A stretch of 38,672 nucleotides of DNA from a virus (IMGVR_UViG_3300022218_000005:1-38672), one strand, 5' to 3'. Shown: positions 1 to 9,419, counted from the first letter of the stretch. The notes: generated from the letters alone by a model not told the origin. Program-made: numbers and translations.

Positions 1-137
1 AAGATTAATATTCTTTCGATTTGTTATGACAAAGTAACGGCTTATTTATTTCTTATGCAAGTTTTACGCAAAAAAAACGCAAATTAAATTGCGTTTTTTT
101 TGTAAAGGGTTGAAATTAAACAGGTAAGCAAAAAATA
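1..137. repeat. Left copy of the terminal direct repeat (circular overlap), containing terminator-promoter cassette copy A
   Basis: Identical to 38537..38672 except one base (caggtaagc vs caggtagc). Confidence 0.95.
30..60 (-). promoter_or_regulatory. Bacteroidota sigmaA-like early promoter inside the repeated cassette (also in the other copies)
   Basis: Minus strand TTG-N20-TTACTTTG, one mismatch from the TTG-N19/21-TAnnTTTG consensus, directly after a terminator hairpin. Confidence 0.7.
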
Positions 138-577
138 AAAGTTTTAGTTTTTTTTGTTTCTGCTTTTTCAAGCATCTTTTCAACCTTTTTTAAATTCTCG
201 GTGCTGTATTGTTTTGCAGCCTCTAAATTTTCCATAAGTAAAAACTCACAAATGTTTTTGAATTGGTTAAAATTCCAAACGAAAAAACCCAGTCCCGAGC
301 GGCTCTTTATGTTTTCAATAAAATGTAGCTGCTCCCTAACGTGTTTTATATCGTGTCGAGTACCATTTAATTTAATCTCCAAAGGGCAAAACAAGCCCTC
401 TTTTGTGCACAAAACCAAATCGGACGCTCCCTTGACAAGTCCTAATGCTTTACGGCTCGCCCCGTTGGTTGTACTGTTATTTATCTCTATTAAGGTTTTG
501 CGGTGTTTCTTGAATGTATTATGAAAATAAACAATACATTCGGCTTGTAGTTGGCTTTCTGATTTATAGGTTTTCAT
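116..577 (-). CDS. VRR-NUC domain nuclease (Holliday junction resolvase-like)
   Basis: SESQLQ N-terminus, G..KGASDL and LEIK PD-(D/E)xK motifs, later Q..F...I and G..F elements. Confidence 0.8.
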   Translation of the reverse strand: MKTYKSESQLQAECIVYFHNTFKKHRKTLIEINNSTTNGASRKALGLVKGASDLVLCTKEGLFCPLEIKLNGTRHDIKHVREQLHFIENIKSRSGLGFFVWNFNQFKNICEFLLMENLEAAKQYSTENLKKVEKMLEKAETKKTKTFIFCLPV

Positions 578-911
578 TTTGTGTTTTTTGGTAATATTCT
601 AATGCTTGCGGAATATCAAACCCTTTGTCAAAAATAAAATCGAAGTTATCTTTGTACCAATAACTAAACTCAGAAATAGAAATTAACATTTCACTTTTAA
701 CCTTTTCTTTTTTTTCGGCATCAAACCACCCCCCCCCAGTATTTTCTTTTCGGCTTATCTCTTTGATTTCGCCTGTTATATTAGTATAGTTTAAATCCAT
801 CTTTATTGCAGCTGCCCCACAATTACAATATTTTTTTTCTGAGCCTGAATATGAGACTACAACATCTTTGCAGTGTTCGCAGCCCCAAGTTAATCTAATT
901 ACTTTTTCCAT
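564..911 (-). CDS. Hypothetical zinc-ribbon protein
   Basis: CEHC...CNCG motif; overlaps the next gene in the operon. Confidence 0.65.
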   Translation of the reverse strand: MEKVIRLTWGCEHCKDVVVSYSGSEKKYCNCGAAAIKMDLNYTNITGEIKEISRKENTGGGWFDAEKKEKVKSEMLISISEFSYWYKDNFDFIFDKGFDIPQALEYYQKTQNENL

Positions 912-913
912 GG

Positions 914-1054
914 TTATTTGTTTTTAGTTGAAAAATAAAGAATTGCTATGTAAATTAAACATAAGAATACAGCTAAGATTGTCAATATACTTACAAAAAC
1001 CCCACCTGCTGAATTGTAGAAAAAATCAGGTATTAATAAAATTATTTTTTTCAT
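914..1054 (-). CDS. Small (46 aa) single-TM membrane protein, not in the ORF track
   Basis: Manual translation MKKIILLIPDFFYNSAGGVFVSILTILAVFLCLIYIAILYFSTKNK; ATGA overlap with the upstream gene; fills the gap. Confidence 0.65.
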   Translation of the reverse strand: MKKIILLIPDFFYNSAGGVFVSILTILAVFLCLIYIAILYFSTKNK

Positions 1055-1416
1055 GTTGCTTTATTGTTTATTTTAAGTTCTAAGTCGTTTTCTAAATGAT
1101 TTACAACGCTGTTTAAAAACTCGTTAAATTGCTTTTTATTTAGCTCTGAAAACGTACGAACATATCTAAACTCTTTATTGTTAAAAGTAACCATTTCGGA
1201 CAAGAAAATATTTTTAAAAATCTTATTCAAAAGGTTTTTTTCTATTTCCAGTTTTTTTGAAGCCTCGAGCAAAACTGCAAAATATTTCCTTTCCATTTGT
1301 AATTTACCGTAAAAAAGAGCAACTATTTTTTTAGCCGCGTCTTTTGTATCTGAGGCTTCAATCAAAATATTATCTATTTCTTGTACTTTTTTTGCAACTG
1401 CTAAGGGGTCTTTCAT
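1051..1416 (-). CDS. Hypothetical protein, C-terminus weakly NinB/Orf-like
   Basis: RTFSELNKKQFNEFLNSV resembles the NinB-family C-terminal helix; recombination-gene context. Confidence 0.45.
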   Translation of the reverse strand: MKDPLAVAKKVQEIDNILIEASDTKDAAKKIVALFYGKLQMERKYFAVLLEASKKLEIEKNLLNKIFKNIFLSEMVTFNNKEFRYVRTFSELNKKQFNEFLNSVVNHLENDLELKINNKAT

Positions 1417-1748
1417 TTGTTTAATTCTGAATATTTCAAAGCTAATTTTTTAATTTTTCGTAACTTTACTAAGGTTTCAGTAACTTCTTTTTTTATATCA
1501 GCTTTGTTGCGGTATGTTGCGTTTTTAAATATCATATCTAAGTTAAAAATGTCAGCTACTGCAATAGTATGAAAAGTTATTGGTTTAGAAATTCTAACTT
1601 CGATATTAGATCCAGAATTAGAAATCTCGAAAGTCATAGGGTATTTTACTTGATTTTCAGGTTTTAAAGCTTCGAGCATTGCGATAGTACTAATTTCGCT
1701 TACAATCTTAGTAATTCTTTCTTTTTGTGCTTTTATAAATGTTTCCAT
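1413..1748 (-). CDS. Hypothetical protein
   Basis: 111-aa ORF tightly packed in the operon. Confidence 0.7.
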   Translation of the reverse strand: METFIKAQKERITKIVSEISTIAMLEALKPENQVKYPMTFEISNSGSNIEVRISKPITFHTIAVADIFNLDMIFKNATYRNKADIKKEVTETLVKLRKIKKLALKYSELNK

Positions 1749-1751
1749 GAT

Positions 1752-2756
1752 TTAAATTTTGTTTAGTTCGATTAGTTCCTTTATTGAATAATTGCTGTAT
1801 TCTTTATAAGTTTCTTCTAAAATTTCGTTTAAGTCTCTATCTAATCCGCTTCTCATTAGTTTTTTTATTATTATTTCGCCTATTGCAGACCGTACAAGTA
1901 AAGCGTTGCAATGCACGGGGCTTTTTTCAACTAAAATAAGACCGAGCCTTGTATTTTTTGAAAGGATAAAAACATTATCAATGGGCGGGTGTTTCTTTGA
2001 AAGAAAAGACGGTTTTTCTTTTTTGCTCAAAACAGTGAATTTTGTCTTTTCTGGAAAGTCAGGGTGGTAGGTTGCGAATAAGCATTTATCTGCTTTTAAA
2101 GACAGCATTTCACTTTGCACCTGCCAAAAATAATCATGTCCCTCTGCTATTTGATTAGTCCTTAATTTCGCATGAGAAAGCAAAGTTTGAGGGCATTTTA
2201 ATTCAAAAGCTAAAGATACTTTTTCATTTTTGAAAATTTCTATTCCATAGGGTTTTAAATATTTGTTTTGCTCTAAACTTAAAACCGTTTCACCATCACC
2301 CGATGCACCGTTGTTTTTGCAAAACTTTACAAAGTCAAGTTCCTTAATAATTATTCTAAGCTCATTTTCTACGTATGTTTTGCCCTCTTTTTCGGTATTT
2401 GTCCCCCACTGCATAGCTGCGGTTTTTGGAATAGAAATATTTTTGCGTGTTATTCTTTCTATCGCCTTTTCTAAACAATAACTCAATGCTGTTTTACCGA
2501 AATCGAAAAGCCATTCTAATTGTGTCCAGTCTTTTGGATTTTTCTTTGTAGCTCTTTTTGAGCAACCCATTAAGTTAGTGTTTCCAGAACCTGAAAAACA
2601 GCCTCTACGTTTTGCAAACCATTCGGGAGTTCTTTGCAAATCGTTTTCGCTTTCGATTATTTCGGTGCTTTCTGGTTTTCCGCTACTTATTTTAATTTCT
2701 TCAAAACCTGTTTTTAATTCATTGAAAAAATCATCGGTTTTTTTGTTGTTTTCCAT
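1752..2756 (-). CDS. YqaJ / lambda-exonuclease family 5'-3' exonuclease
   Basis: QRTPEWFAKRRG, AMQWG...E, GASGDG, ELKCP and YFWQVQ motifs. Confidence 0.9.
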   Translation of the reverse strand: MENNKKTDDFFNELKTGFEEIKISSGKPESTEIIESENDLQRTPEWFAKRRGCFSGSGNTNLMGCSKRATKKNPKDWTQLEWLFDFGKTALSYCLEKAIERITRKNISIPKTAAMQWGTNTEKEGKTYVENELRIIIKELDFVKFCKNNGASGDGETVLSLEQNKYLKPYGIEIFKNEKVSLAFELKCPQTLLSHAKLRTNQIAEGHDYFWQVQSEMLSLKADKCLFATYHPDFPEKTKFTVLSKKEKPSFLSKKHPPIDNVFILSKNTRLGLILVEKSPVHCNALLVRSAIGEIIIKKLMRSGLDRDLNEILEETYKEYSNYSIKELIELNKI

Positions 2757-2763
2757 AATGTTT

Positions 2764-3207
2764 TTATTTATAAGTTATAGTGATACTCGAATCAACCCCG
2801 CCGCCACTTAGATTAGTGTTTGTTTCAATAATAAAAGTAACGAGCTTTAATCCATCAAAAGAGCCATTGTTAAAATAATAAGTCTCAAAAAATTTATTGT
2901 CTTTACGACTGGAGACAACAACTAAAGACTTAAAACGTTTTTTGCTTTCTTCTTTAAAATCAAAATTAATTCCTAAGATCCTTAGTTTTCCAATTATTAC
3001 TTTTTCTTTGATCGAGTTAAGTTTTTCAGTTAGTTTTTCATTGTTTTTTTGTATTTCTTCCAAGATAGAACAACAAGCATCTTTTCCGAAACCTGAATAA
3101 TATTTTCTTCCAGCTTCTAATTCTATTTTGTTTCTTTTTATTTCTTCTAAAGGAATTTCGTTTTGTTTTTCGCAATACTTTTTATAACCTTTTTTCCAGT
3201 TTCCCAT
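2764..3207 (-). CDS. Hypothetical protein, first gene after cassette copy B
   Basis: 147-aa ORF starting at the cassette's 3' end. Confidence 0.7.
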   Translation of the reverse strand: MGNWKKGYKKYCEKQNEIPLEEIKRNKIELEAGRKYYSGFGKDACCSILEEIQKNNEKLTEKLNSIKEKVIIGKLRILGINFDFKEESKKRFKSLVVVSSRKDNKFFETYYFNNGSFDGLKLVTFIIETNTNLSGGGVDSSITITYK

Positions 3208-3348
3208 GATTTCTAAGTGTTAAGATTAATATTCTTTCGATTTGTATATGACAAAGTAACGGCTTATTTGTTTATTATGCAAGTTTTACGCAAAAAAAAC
3301 GCAAATTAAATTGCGTTTTTTTTGTAAAGGGTTAGAAAAGAGTTGTTT
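3205..3348 (-). repeat. Terminator-promoter cassette copy B
   Basis: Near-identical to 38520..38645; A8-CGCAAATTAAATTGCG-T8 hairpin plus TTG...TTACTTTG. Confidence 0.95.
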
Positions 3349-4096
3349 CTGTTTTATAATTAGTTATCAAAATTTCGGTTCGCCTGTTTTTTATATTCAC
3401 ACGTTCGCCGATGTAAATAATGTTTAATTCTCTCTTTTCGGCTTCTTTAATGACAAATTCGTTGTTAAATTCAGATATTGCAAACTTGCAACCCGTAGCA
3501 ATGCAAGCATCTAACAATCTACAAAAATCGTTTTTGCTCCAGCTTTTGTTTTCATAATTAGAGCCTGTATCAATATAAGGCGGGTCGCCGTAAATAAAAG
3601 TTTTTTCCTTGTCTTTTTCACACCTGAAGTTAATACTCTTTAAAAACCGCTCAAAATCGCAATTATTAAACTGTACATTTTGTAGTGCATTGAAAGTTTT
3701 ATCTAATCGAGACAAAAACATTCGTTTATCATTGCTTTGTCCATATCTTATATTTGTCCCCTTCCCCAAATACGTAAAATTAGAAAGAAGTAAAAACCGC
3801 AAAGATTTTTTTATAGGGTCTTTTTCTTTGTTTTTTTTCCAGTATTCTAATAGATCGGAATGAATAGGCATAATTTCAAAAGCCTCTCGCAAAGATTCTT
3901 TTTGGTTTATTATGACTTGAAAAAGATTAAATACATCGCTATCCAAGTCATTAACAATATTGTATTTTGCTTTTGGTTTATTGAAAAACATACCACCCGC
4001 TCCGAATGTTACATCTACATAAGTAGTATGCCTTGGAAAATGCTTTATTATATCTTTGGCTATTTTTGTTTTGTTCCCGAGTCTTGTTAATATCAT
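3332..4096 (-). CDS. Orphan DNA N6-adenine methyltransferase (Dam/D12 class)
   Basis: GNKTKIA, FGAGG (motif I), VNDLDSD, DPPY (motif IV), C-terminal EILITNY. Confidence 0.92.
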   Translation of the reverse strand: MILTRLGNKTKIAKDIIKHFPRHTTYVDVTFGAGGMFFNKPKAKYNIVNDLDSDVFNLFQVIINQKESLREAFEIMPIHSDLLEYWKKNKEKDPIKKSLRFLLLSNFTYLGKGTNIRYGQSNDKRMFLSRLDKTFNALQNVQFNNCDFERFLKSINFRCEKDKEKTFIYGDPPYIDTGSNYENKSWSKNDFCRLLDACIATGCKFAISEFNNEFVIKEAEKRELNIIYIGERVNIKNRRTEILITNYKTETTLF

Positions 4097-4107
4097 ATTT
4101 TTAGATT

Positions 4108-4133
4108 AAAAAAAGCGGCAAAATAGCCGCTTT
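4108..4133 (-). terminator. Intrinsic terminator
   Basis: AAAGCGGC/GCCGCTTT stem followed by T7 on the minus strand. Confidence 0.7.
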
Positions 4134-4141
4134 AATTTTAT

Positions 4142-4405
4142 TTATGAATTTAGAAGTTCAATAGCTTCTTTTTTTATGGCTTCAAATTCCTTTTTATTTG
4201 AATTTATATGCTTTTTGCAATTATCTAAAATCGGCTGTGTTTCTATCTTGTCAATTCTATAAAAACAATGTTCGCCATCAAGCGAAAGATTGGTTTTGTG
4301 AATTGACAATATTTCATTGTGTTTAAGTCTGTGTAAAACAATTGTTTTACGCACTTTATCATGTTCTGCAATTTCTTTAAAATAAAGAATTTCGTCTTTT
4401 TCCAT
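4142..4405 (-). CDS. Hypothetical protein
   Basis: 87-aa ORF in operon. Confidence 0.7.
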   Translation of the reverse strand: MEKDEILYFKEIAEHDKVRKTIVLHRLKHNEILSIHKTNLSLDGEHCFYRIDKIETQPILDNCKKHINSNKKEFEAIKKEAIELLNS

Positions 4406-4416
4406 ATCTATTTTTT

Positions 4417-4839
4417 TTAAAATGGTAAATCATCCGCTCCCTCTTGGTCGCTTGTATTTACTTGCGGCGGCTCTGGTTTATTATTTTGCTGCGGCTGTTG
4501 TGTGTTATGGTTTTGTTTTTTACTCTCTAAAAAATCTATTATTCTAATATTTACAAAGCTGTAATATTTTTTTTCGCCGTCTTTTTCGTACTGATCATGA
4601 CTTTGCGAACCTTGTGCATAAATCAAAATTCCTTTTTTTAAGTGCTGATTAAGTTTTGCAACTTTGCCCCACTTTACGCAATTGTGCCATGTTGTTTTTT
4701 CTTGACTTTTGCCGTTTTTATCAGTCCATTTTTCGGACGTTGCGAGCGTAAATTTTATGTATTCTTTGCCACTTGTAGTGGTTTTTAATTCACTATCTTT
4801 GCCGATTCTACCAATTAGATGTATTATGTTTAAACTCAT
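4417..4839 (-). CDS. ssb: Single-stranded DNA-binding protein
   Basis: LIGRIGKD, LATSEKW, TTWHNCV OB-fold motifs and acidic DDLPF tail. Confidence 0.96.
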   Translation of the reverse strand: MSLNIIHLIGRIGKDSELKTTTSGKEYIKFTLATSEKWTDKNGKSQEKTTWHNCVKWGKVAKLNQHLKKGILIYAQGSQSHDQYEKDGEKKYYSFVNIRIIDFLESKKQNHNTQQPQQNNKPEPPQVNTSDQEGADDLPF

Positions 4840-5453
4840 TATTTTAGGAATTTTTTAATCGTTTTCATAGCTCCTAAAAGCTCAGGATTGTTATTTATAA
4901 GCGGTTTTATTTGGTTTGCGAAGTCTCTAAAAGCTCCATAGGGTGAAACGATTTTATTTATATAATCTTTCAATTTATCACCATGCAAAAGCTTTTTATT
5001 GTCATCGCACGGCGACAATTTGCCTTTGCTGTTTTTTACTGCATTAATATAATATTCTTTCATATCGACAAGATACGCGCCTATTCCAAATTGAGTAGCC
5101 GTTCTTTTTATAGCATCGGAAACACTGCCTTTTTCGGCTTCTGTTTTACTTGCTGTTCCTATATCTGTCCTATCGACCCACACATCCCCAAACAGTGCCG
5201 AAATAGTGCATAGTTTAGTACCTTTTTCGCCCTCTTTTATCGTACTTTGCCATCCGCCTATGCCGAATACTTCATTTAATCTTTTGACCACTTGGTGTTT
5301 GCGTAGATAGGGGAGGCATATTAATTTATCCCCCCACTCTCTTTGAGGCAGCCAGTAAACATCATTAAATAATTTACCGCTTATTTCTTGCATAAATGGA
5401 GCTGCGAGTTTAGTTTCCATTTCTTTGATTTGTTCTATTGTTAGATTTGCCAT
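4839..5453 (-). CDS. Sak / Rad52-22 family single-strand annealing protein
   Basis: VVKRLNEVFGIGGWQ and EAEKGSVSDAIKRTATQFGIGAYL motifs; adjacent to ssb. Confidence 0.88.
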   Translation of the reverse strand: MANLTIEQIKEMETKLAAPFMQEISGKLFNDVYWLPQREWGDKLICLPYLRKHQVVKRLNEVFGIGGWQSTIKEGEKGTKLCTISALFGDVWVDRTDIGTASKTEAEKGSVSDAIKRTATQFGIGAYLVDMKEYYINAVKNSKGKLSPCDDNKKLLHGDKLKDYINKIVSPYGAFRDFANQIKPLINNNPELLGAMKTIKKFLK

Positions 5454-5457
5454 GTTT

Positions 5458-5811
5458 TTAGATGTTTTTTTCGTTGTTATTTTCTTTAATATACAATTGC
5501 ATCAAAATATTTATATAAGTATTTTTTGTAACGTTTAAACCTTTGCTTATGAGAAATTTTTTATAGCCGCTAAACAATTCATTTTCGCAAAGAATAAAAG
5601 CGACTGAATTTCTTTGTAAGTCTTTAGCTTTAGAATGTTCTTTTAAAATCTTTTCGTTTTCGCCACTGTATTTATTTAGTAAGTAGATTAAAATAGAACT
5701 TGTATTGCTGGCGGGCGTATTTTTAGCTACTAACGCAAAACATTCTTTTCTTAACTTCGCGTCAATTACTAAATTATGGTGCGTCTTTTTTGTCTTTTTT
5801 AAGTTTGGCAT
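5458..5811 (-). CDS. Possible tandem ribbon-helix-helix DNA-binding regulator
   Basis: Two strand-helix-helix-like halves (HNLVIDAKLRKE...SSILIYLLNKY; VAFILCENELF...NTYINILMQLYI); first gene after cassette C. Confidence 0.45.
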   Translation of the reverse strand: MPNLKKTKKTHHNLVIDAKLRKECFALVAKNTPASNTSSILIYLLNKYSGENEKILKEHSKAKDLQRNSVAFILCENELFSGYKKFLISKGLNVTKNTYINILMQLYIKENNNEKNI

Positions 5812-5848
5812 TTTTATATTCTTTTAAGTTTTCAATAAGTATCTATTG

Positions 5849-5936
5849 CAAAGTAACGGCTTATTTATTTCTTATGCAAGTTTTACGCAAAAAAAACGCA
5901 AATTAATTTGCGTTTTTTTTATAAAGGTTTGAAATT
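5849..5936 (-). repeat. Terminator-promoter cassette copy C (core only)
   Basis: caaagtaacggcttatttatttcttatgcaagttttacgc...ttgcg-T8 core shared with the other copies. Confidence 0.93.
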
Positions 5937-8647
5937 CAGTCTTTTAATTTTTTCCCGTTATCTAAAATGTATTTTACTTTTGTCCCCCGCCCCTCTTTTT
6001 TATGCTTAATTTCGTAAACGTCAAGCATTTTTTTAATGTAACTGTAATATTTTTTAATAGAAAAGTCAGTAGGGTATATTTCATTTTGTTCTAAAAATTC
6101 CGAATAAAAAGCACGCGGGAAAAACTCGCCAGTTAAATAAACACTCATTAACCTTTCTTCCAAAACCCAAAACTCCGCAAAATAATCGTTTGTTTCTCGT
6201 GCAAAAGTCAATAAGGTGTCCGATTTATCCTTATGTTCGACTATTCCGTTTTTCAAATATTCTTTTACACAATTAAGTATAAAGCTGAAAAAACAGTTCC
6301 ATTCGTCTGTATTCCAATCTTTGAAAAAGACGTGCTTAAATTCGTCAAAAGGTGTATAATTAGCAGAAAAATAAGGCTCTACGCCAAAATCGATGCGGCG
6401 GCGGCGGTGCGAACCTGAACTGCCCTTTGGCTTAAAATTTCCAGTAAATATAAAAACGGGAGTGTCTTCAAACTCAATATAGAGCGGTTTTTTTTGTTTT
6501 TGTTCGATTGGTATTCCGTTTGTTATCCTGCTAAAAAACTCTTTCATATCTAAGCTTTCTGGCACTTCATCAATATGTGCAATTTGCGTACTTTCGTCTA
6601 ATTCCTGCAAACAAAATTGACTTTTAAAATTTATCCTGTCCCCTGGTATTTGAGTAATGTTTCTAATATGTTTTACAGCTTCCAATAAAAGAGACTTACC
6701 AGAACCGCCCTCAGCCTCACCATGTAACTGGCTAAGGTTTTTATCATAAATAACAGGGGCTTTTGCGTTAGCTGGGTTTTTGTAGTTATGGATTAAAAAC
6801 CCTAAAATACTCTTTAAACGAGCATGTTTTTGCTCGTTTTTGCCACTTATTAAATGTGTGAATTTCGAGAAATGCGAATTTGTCAATTCTTTATTATATT
6901 GAAAATCATTTTTCGTAATTTGCGAATCCCAAATATAAGAATCTCCCAAATCGGCAAAATCTATTTTCTCTATTTTTTCGGCGGTTGTTCTGTAAACGCA
7001 TTTAGTGGTTGCAACGAAAGAAGCCGTCGCGGTGTCTTTTAATATCTTAGGAATTACAACGGGCAAAGCATTTAAAACTTTAATATCAAAATATTTAGTT
7101 CCCTCTGCTAACTTGTTAAATACAACCAACATACCTCTTTTTTTTACGAAATTTAAAACAATCTCTTTAATTTCGCGGGTGTCTGCTAATTTTATTATAT
7201 TATTTTTTATTCTTACAATTTCGTACGCGTCAGGTTTTTTAGCCGAATAGTAAAGAAAAAAGCCTTTGTTATTGATAAATTCAATGTAGTCTTGCATATT
7301 TATTTTTGGCACACCTTTGTCATCTAAATACCAAAAAACACGTTCGGGCTTTTCTTTTATTTTGGGTTTTGGCAGCTCTTTATTTTCGCCTTTGGCAGCT
7401 CCCACAAGCCCAGTTTTTTTAAGGAAATCGTTATAATATAAAGTTTGTGAAGTTCCTTTTATTAAAGAAATATAGTCTTCTACTTCATTTATAATAGTGT
7501 CTTTTTCTTCTAAGGTTTTGGTATTTTCAAAATCGCAAATTTTAAGCAATAAGTCGATAAAGTTTATTTTATTACTTTTTAAATACTCTTTTGTTTCTTC
7601 TTTTGTTTTGTTTTTAAAAAAGTCGTCAGGGTCGCAACCTTTTTGCATTAAAATAAAAGTGGGTATCTTATTTTCTTCTAAACAAGTTTTTAAAGCTCTT
7701 TTTGCAGCTTTACGCCCTGCATTGTCGTCATCCCAAATAAAAGTAATTTCATTGTCTATAAAAAGTTTTAAATGGTCTTTTGTGAAAGCCGTGCCGCCCG
7801 TAGCGACTGTATTTAATACATTTTTCTCAAATAATCTAAAAACAGAAAGCGAACTTTCCATGACAAAACATTGCTTTTTTTCAAAGATGTTTTTACGACT
7901 TCGATTATAATTAAAAAGCTCTTTTTTCTTATTGTAAATCGGACTTTCCGCGGAGTTGATAAATTTGTATTCTTTTGCGTTTTTGTTTATAGAACGCCCG
8001 AAAAAAGCAACTACTTTGCCCGTTTTATTATGAATTGGAATCGTGTATCTGTTTTGCAACAGATCAAAATCTTTTTTATTCAGAACTCCAAATTCTTTTA
8101 AAATATCAAAATGATTTTTTAATTCAGTAGCTACGCTTTTAAAGCCGTTTCTTTCTCTAATGTACGAAATACCAAGCTCAAAATACTCTACTGTTTTTTG
8201 CTCAAAACCTCGCCACTTCAAAAAGCCATCTTTTGTTTCAGGATTGTTATTTAAATTATCTGTATAAATATTTTGTATTTTTTTGAAAACTTCAAATGCC
8301 TGCATTCTCTTTTTATCTTTTGCTTTATTTTCAGGGCTTTCAAAATCCGAAATGTCTATATTTTCTTTTTCGGCGATAAAATCCATAGCTTCGGGAAATT
8401 CTAAATTTTCGACTTTTACAATAAAATCAATAACATTCATTTTTTCATTGCTACACGAAAAACAAATACAGCTTTCTGTATTTTCGTAAACGTGAAAATT
8501 ACCCTCTTTTTTGTCATCGTGCAAAGGACAAAGGCCCGAGTAAGTATTTCCCTTTTTGGTTAGCTTAGTGTAATCCCCGACAATATCGATAATATTAACA
8601 CTTTCTAATATTTTATCTTTTAATTTTTTGCGGTTTTCTAAATTCAT
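5936..8647 (-). CDS. DnaG-type primase fused to a C-terminal P-loop helicase
   Basis: CHC2 zinc finger (CPLH...CFSC), FFGR and NSAESPIYNK core motifs, Toprim DDDNAG and DPDD, C-terminal Walker A GGSGKS and HIDE. Confidence 0.9.
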   Translation of the reverse strand: MNLENRKKLKDKILESVNIIDIVGDYTKLTKKGNTYSGLCPLHDDKKEGNFHVYENTESCICFSCSNEKMNVIDFIVKVENLEFPEAMDFIAEKENIDISDFESPENKAKDKKRMQAFEVFKKIQNIYTDNLNNNPETKDGFLKWRGFEQKTVEYFELGISYIRERNGFKSVATELKNHFDILKEFGVLNKKDFDLLQNRYTIPIHNKTGKVVAFFGRSINKNAKEYKFINSAESPIYNKKKELFNYNRSRKNIFEKKQCFVMESSLSVFRLFEKNVLNTVATGGTAFTKDHLKLFIDNEITFIWDDDNAGRKAAKRALKTCLEENKIPTFILMQKGCDPDDFFKNKTKEETKEYLKSNKINFIDLLLKICDFENTKTLEEKDTIINEVEDYISLIKGTSQTLYYNDFLKKTGLVGAAKGENKELPKPKIKEKPERVFWYLDDKGVPKINMQDYIEFINNKGFFLYYSAKKPDAYEIVRIKNNIIKLADTREIKEIVLNFVKKRGMLVVFNKLAEGTKYFDIKVLNALPVVIPKILKDTATASFVATTKCVYRTTAEKIEKIDFADLGDSYIWDSQITKNDFQYNKELTNSHFSKFTHLISGKNEQKHARLKSILGFLIHNYKNPANAKAPVIYDKNLSQLHGEAEGGSGKSLLLEAVKHIRNITQIPGDRINFKSQFCLQELDESTQIAHIDEVPESLDMKEFFSRITNGIPIEQKQKKPLYIEFEDTPVFIFTGNFKPKGSSGSHRRRRIDFGVEPYFSANYTPFDEFKHVFFKDWNTDEWNCFFSFILNCVKEYLKNGIVEHKDKSDTLLTFARETNDYFAEFWVLEERLMSVYLTGEFFPRAFYSEFLEQNEIYPTDFSIKKYYSYIKKMLDVYEIKHKKEGRGTKVKYILDNGKKLKD

Positions 8648-8871
8648 TTTTTGCGGTTTTTAATATGTTCAAAAAGAATACAAGCGGGATCACCCACTTT
8701 TATTTTCAAATCGCCATAAGCCGTGCTTTTTTGTCGTCTTTTGCTGCAATAAAACATTTTACCGTATTCATGTTTATATCTAAATACACACTGTCGGCAA
8801 GTGTACTTAGATATTTCTTTTTCTATTTCGCACCCTTCAAATAAACCGCTTAAATCTTTGTATGTTTTCAT
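8644..8871 (-). CDS. Small Cys-rich hypothetical protein
   Basis: TCRQC...YC...AC..F pattern. Confidence 0.65.
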   Translation of the reverse strand: MKTYKDLSGLFEGCEIEKEISKYTCRQCVFRYKHEYGKMFYCSKRRQKSTAYGDLKIKVGDPACILFEHIKNRKK

Positions 8872-8875
8872 GTTA

Positions 8876-9061
8876 TTAGTTGTTTTCAGTTAACCTAATG
8901 GTTTCTTTTATTATTTTTATTTCTTTCTCTTTTTCAACAATCAAATCTTTTAAGCCTTTTATTTGGTTTTCGGCTTCTTGCAATTCAATTTTCTTAAAAA
9001 AAGAAGCCGTTGGATTGATTGTTAGGAGTTTTTCGGTTTGCTCTTTTGTTAGTTTTTCCAT
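8876..9061 (-). CDS. Small coiled-coil hypothetical protein
   Basis: 61-aa ORF in operon. Confidence 0.65.
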   Translation of the reverse strand: MEKLTKEQTEKLLTINPTASFFKKIELQEAENQIKGLKDLIVEKEKEIKIIKETIRLTENN

Positions 9062-9109
9062 GTTTTAAGCGGTTTTTTAAATTCATTTTGTTGGTTGTTT
9101 TATGAAATG

Positions 9110-9415
9110 TTATATTAAGCAATACTCAACAGGACAAAGAACTGTTTGATTTAAAGACACGGCTATTAAATAACAATCAATATCTTTTGTAGATTGAAAA
9201 TAAATAGAACTGGGAGCGTTTTCAGAACTATCCCCCTCAGTCCAAAAACCATCTATTTTTCTTCTTTTGCCACAAATAATACCCGTTTCAGGTTTCAAAA
9301 GATTTATTACTTCCCACTCATAAATGACTTCTTTATATATATCAGTCCTTGTTCTTTTTGTTCTTTTCCCTATTTTTTTAAAAAAGGTTATTTTTTTTCC
9401 GATTAGTTTATTCAT
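9110..9415 (-). CDS. Hypothetical protein
   Basis: 101-aa ORF in operon. Confidence 0.7.
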   Translation of the reverse strand: MNKLIGKKITFFKKIGKRTKRTRTDIYKEVIYEWEVINLLKPETGIICGKRRKIDGFWTEGDSSENAPSSIYFQSTKDIDCYLIAVSLNQTVLCPVEYCLI

Positions 9416-9419
9416 GTTT

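Noticed and set aside
3332-4096. Restriction-modification system
   Set aside because: No adjacent restriction endonuclease; orphan methyltransferases are common anti-restriction genes in phages
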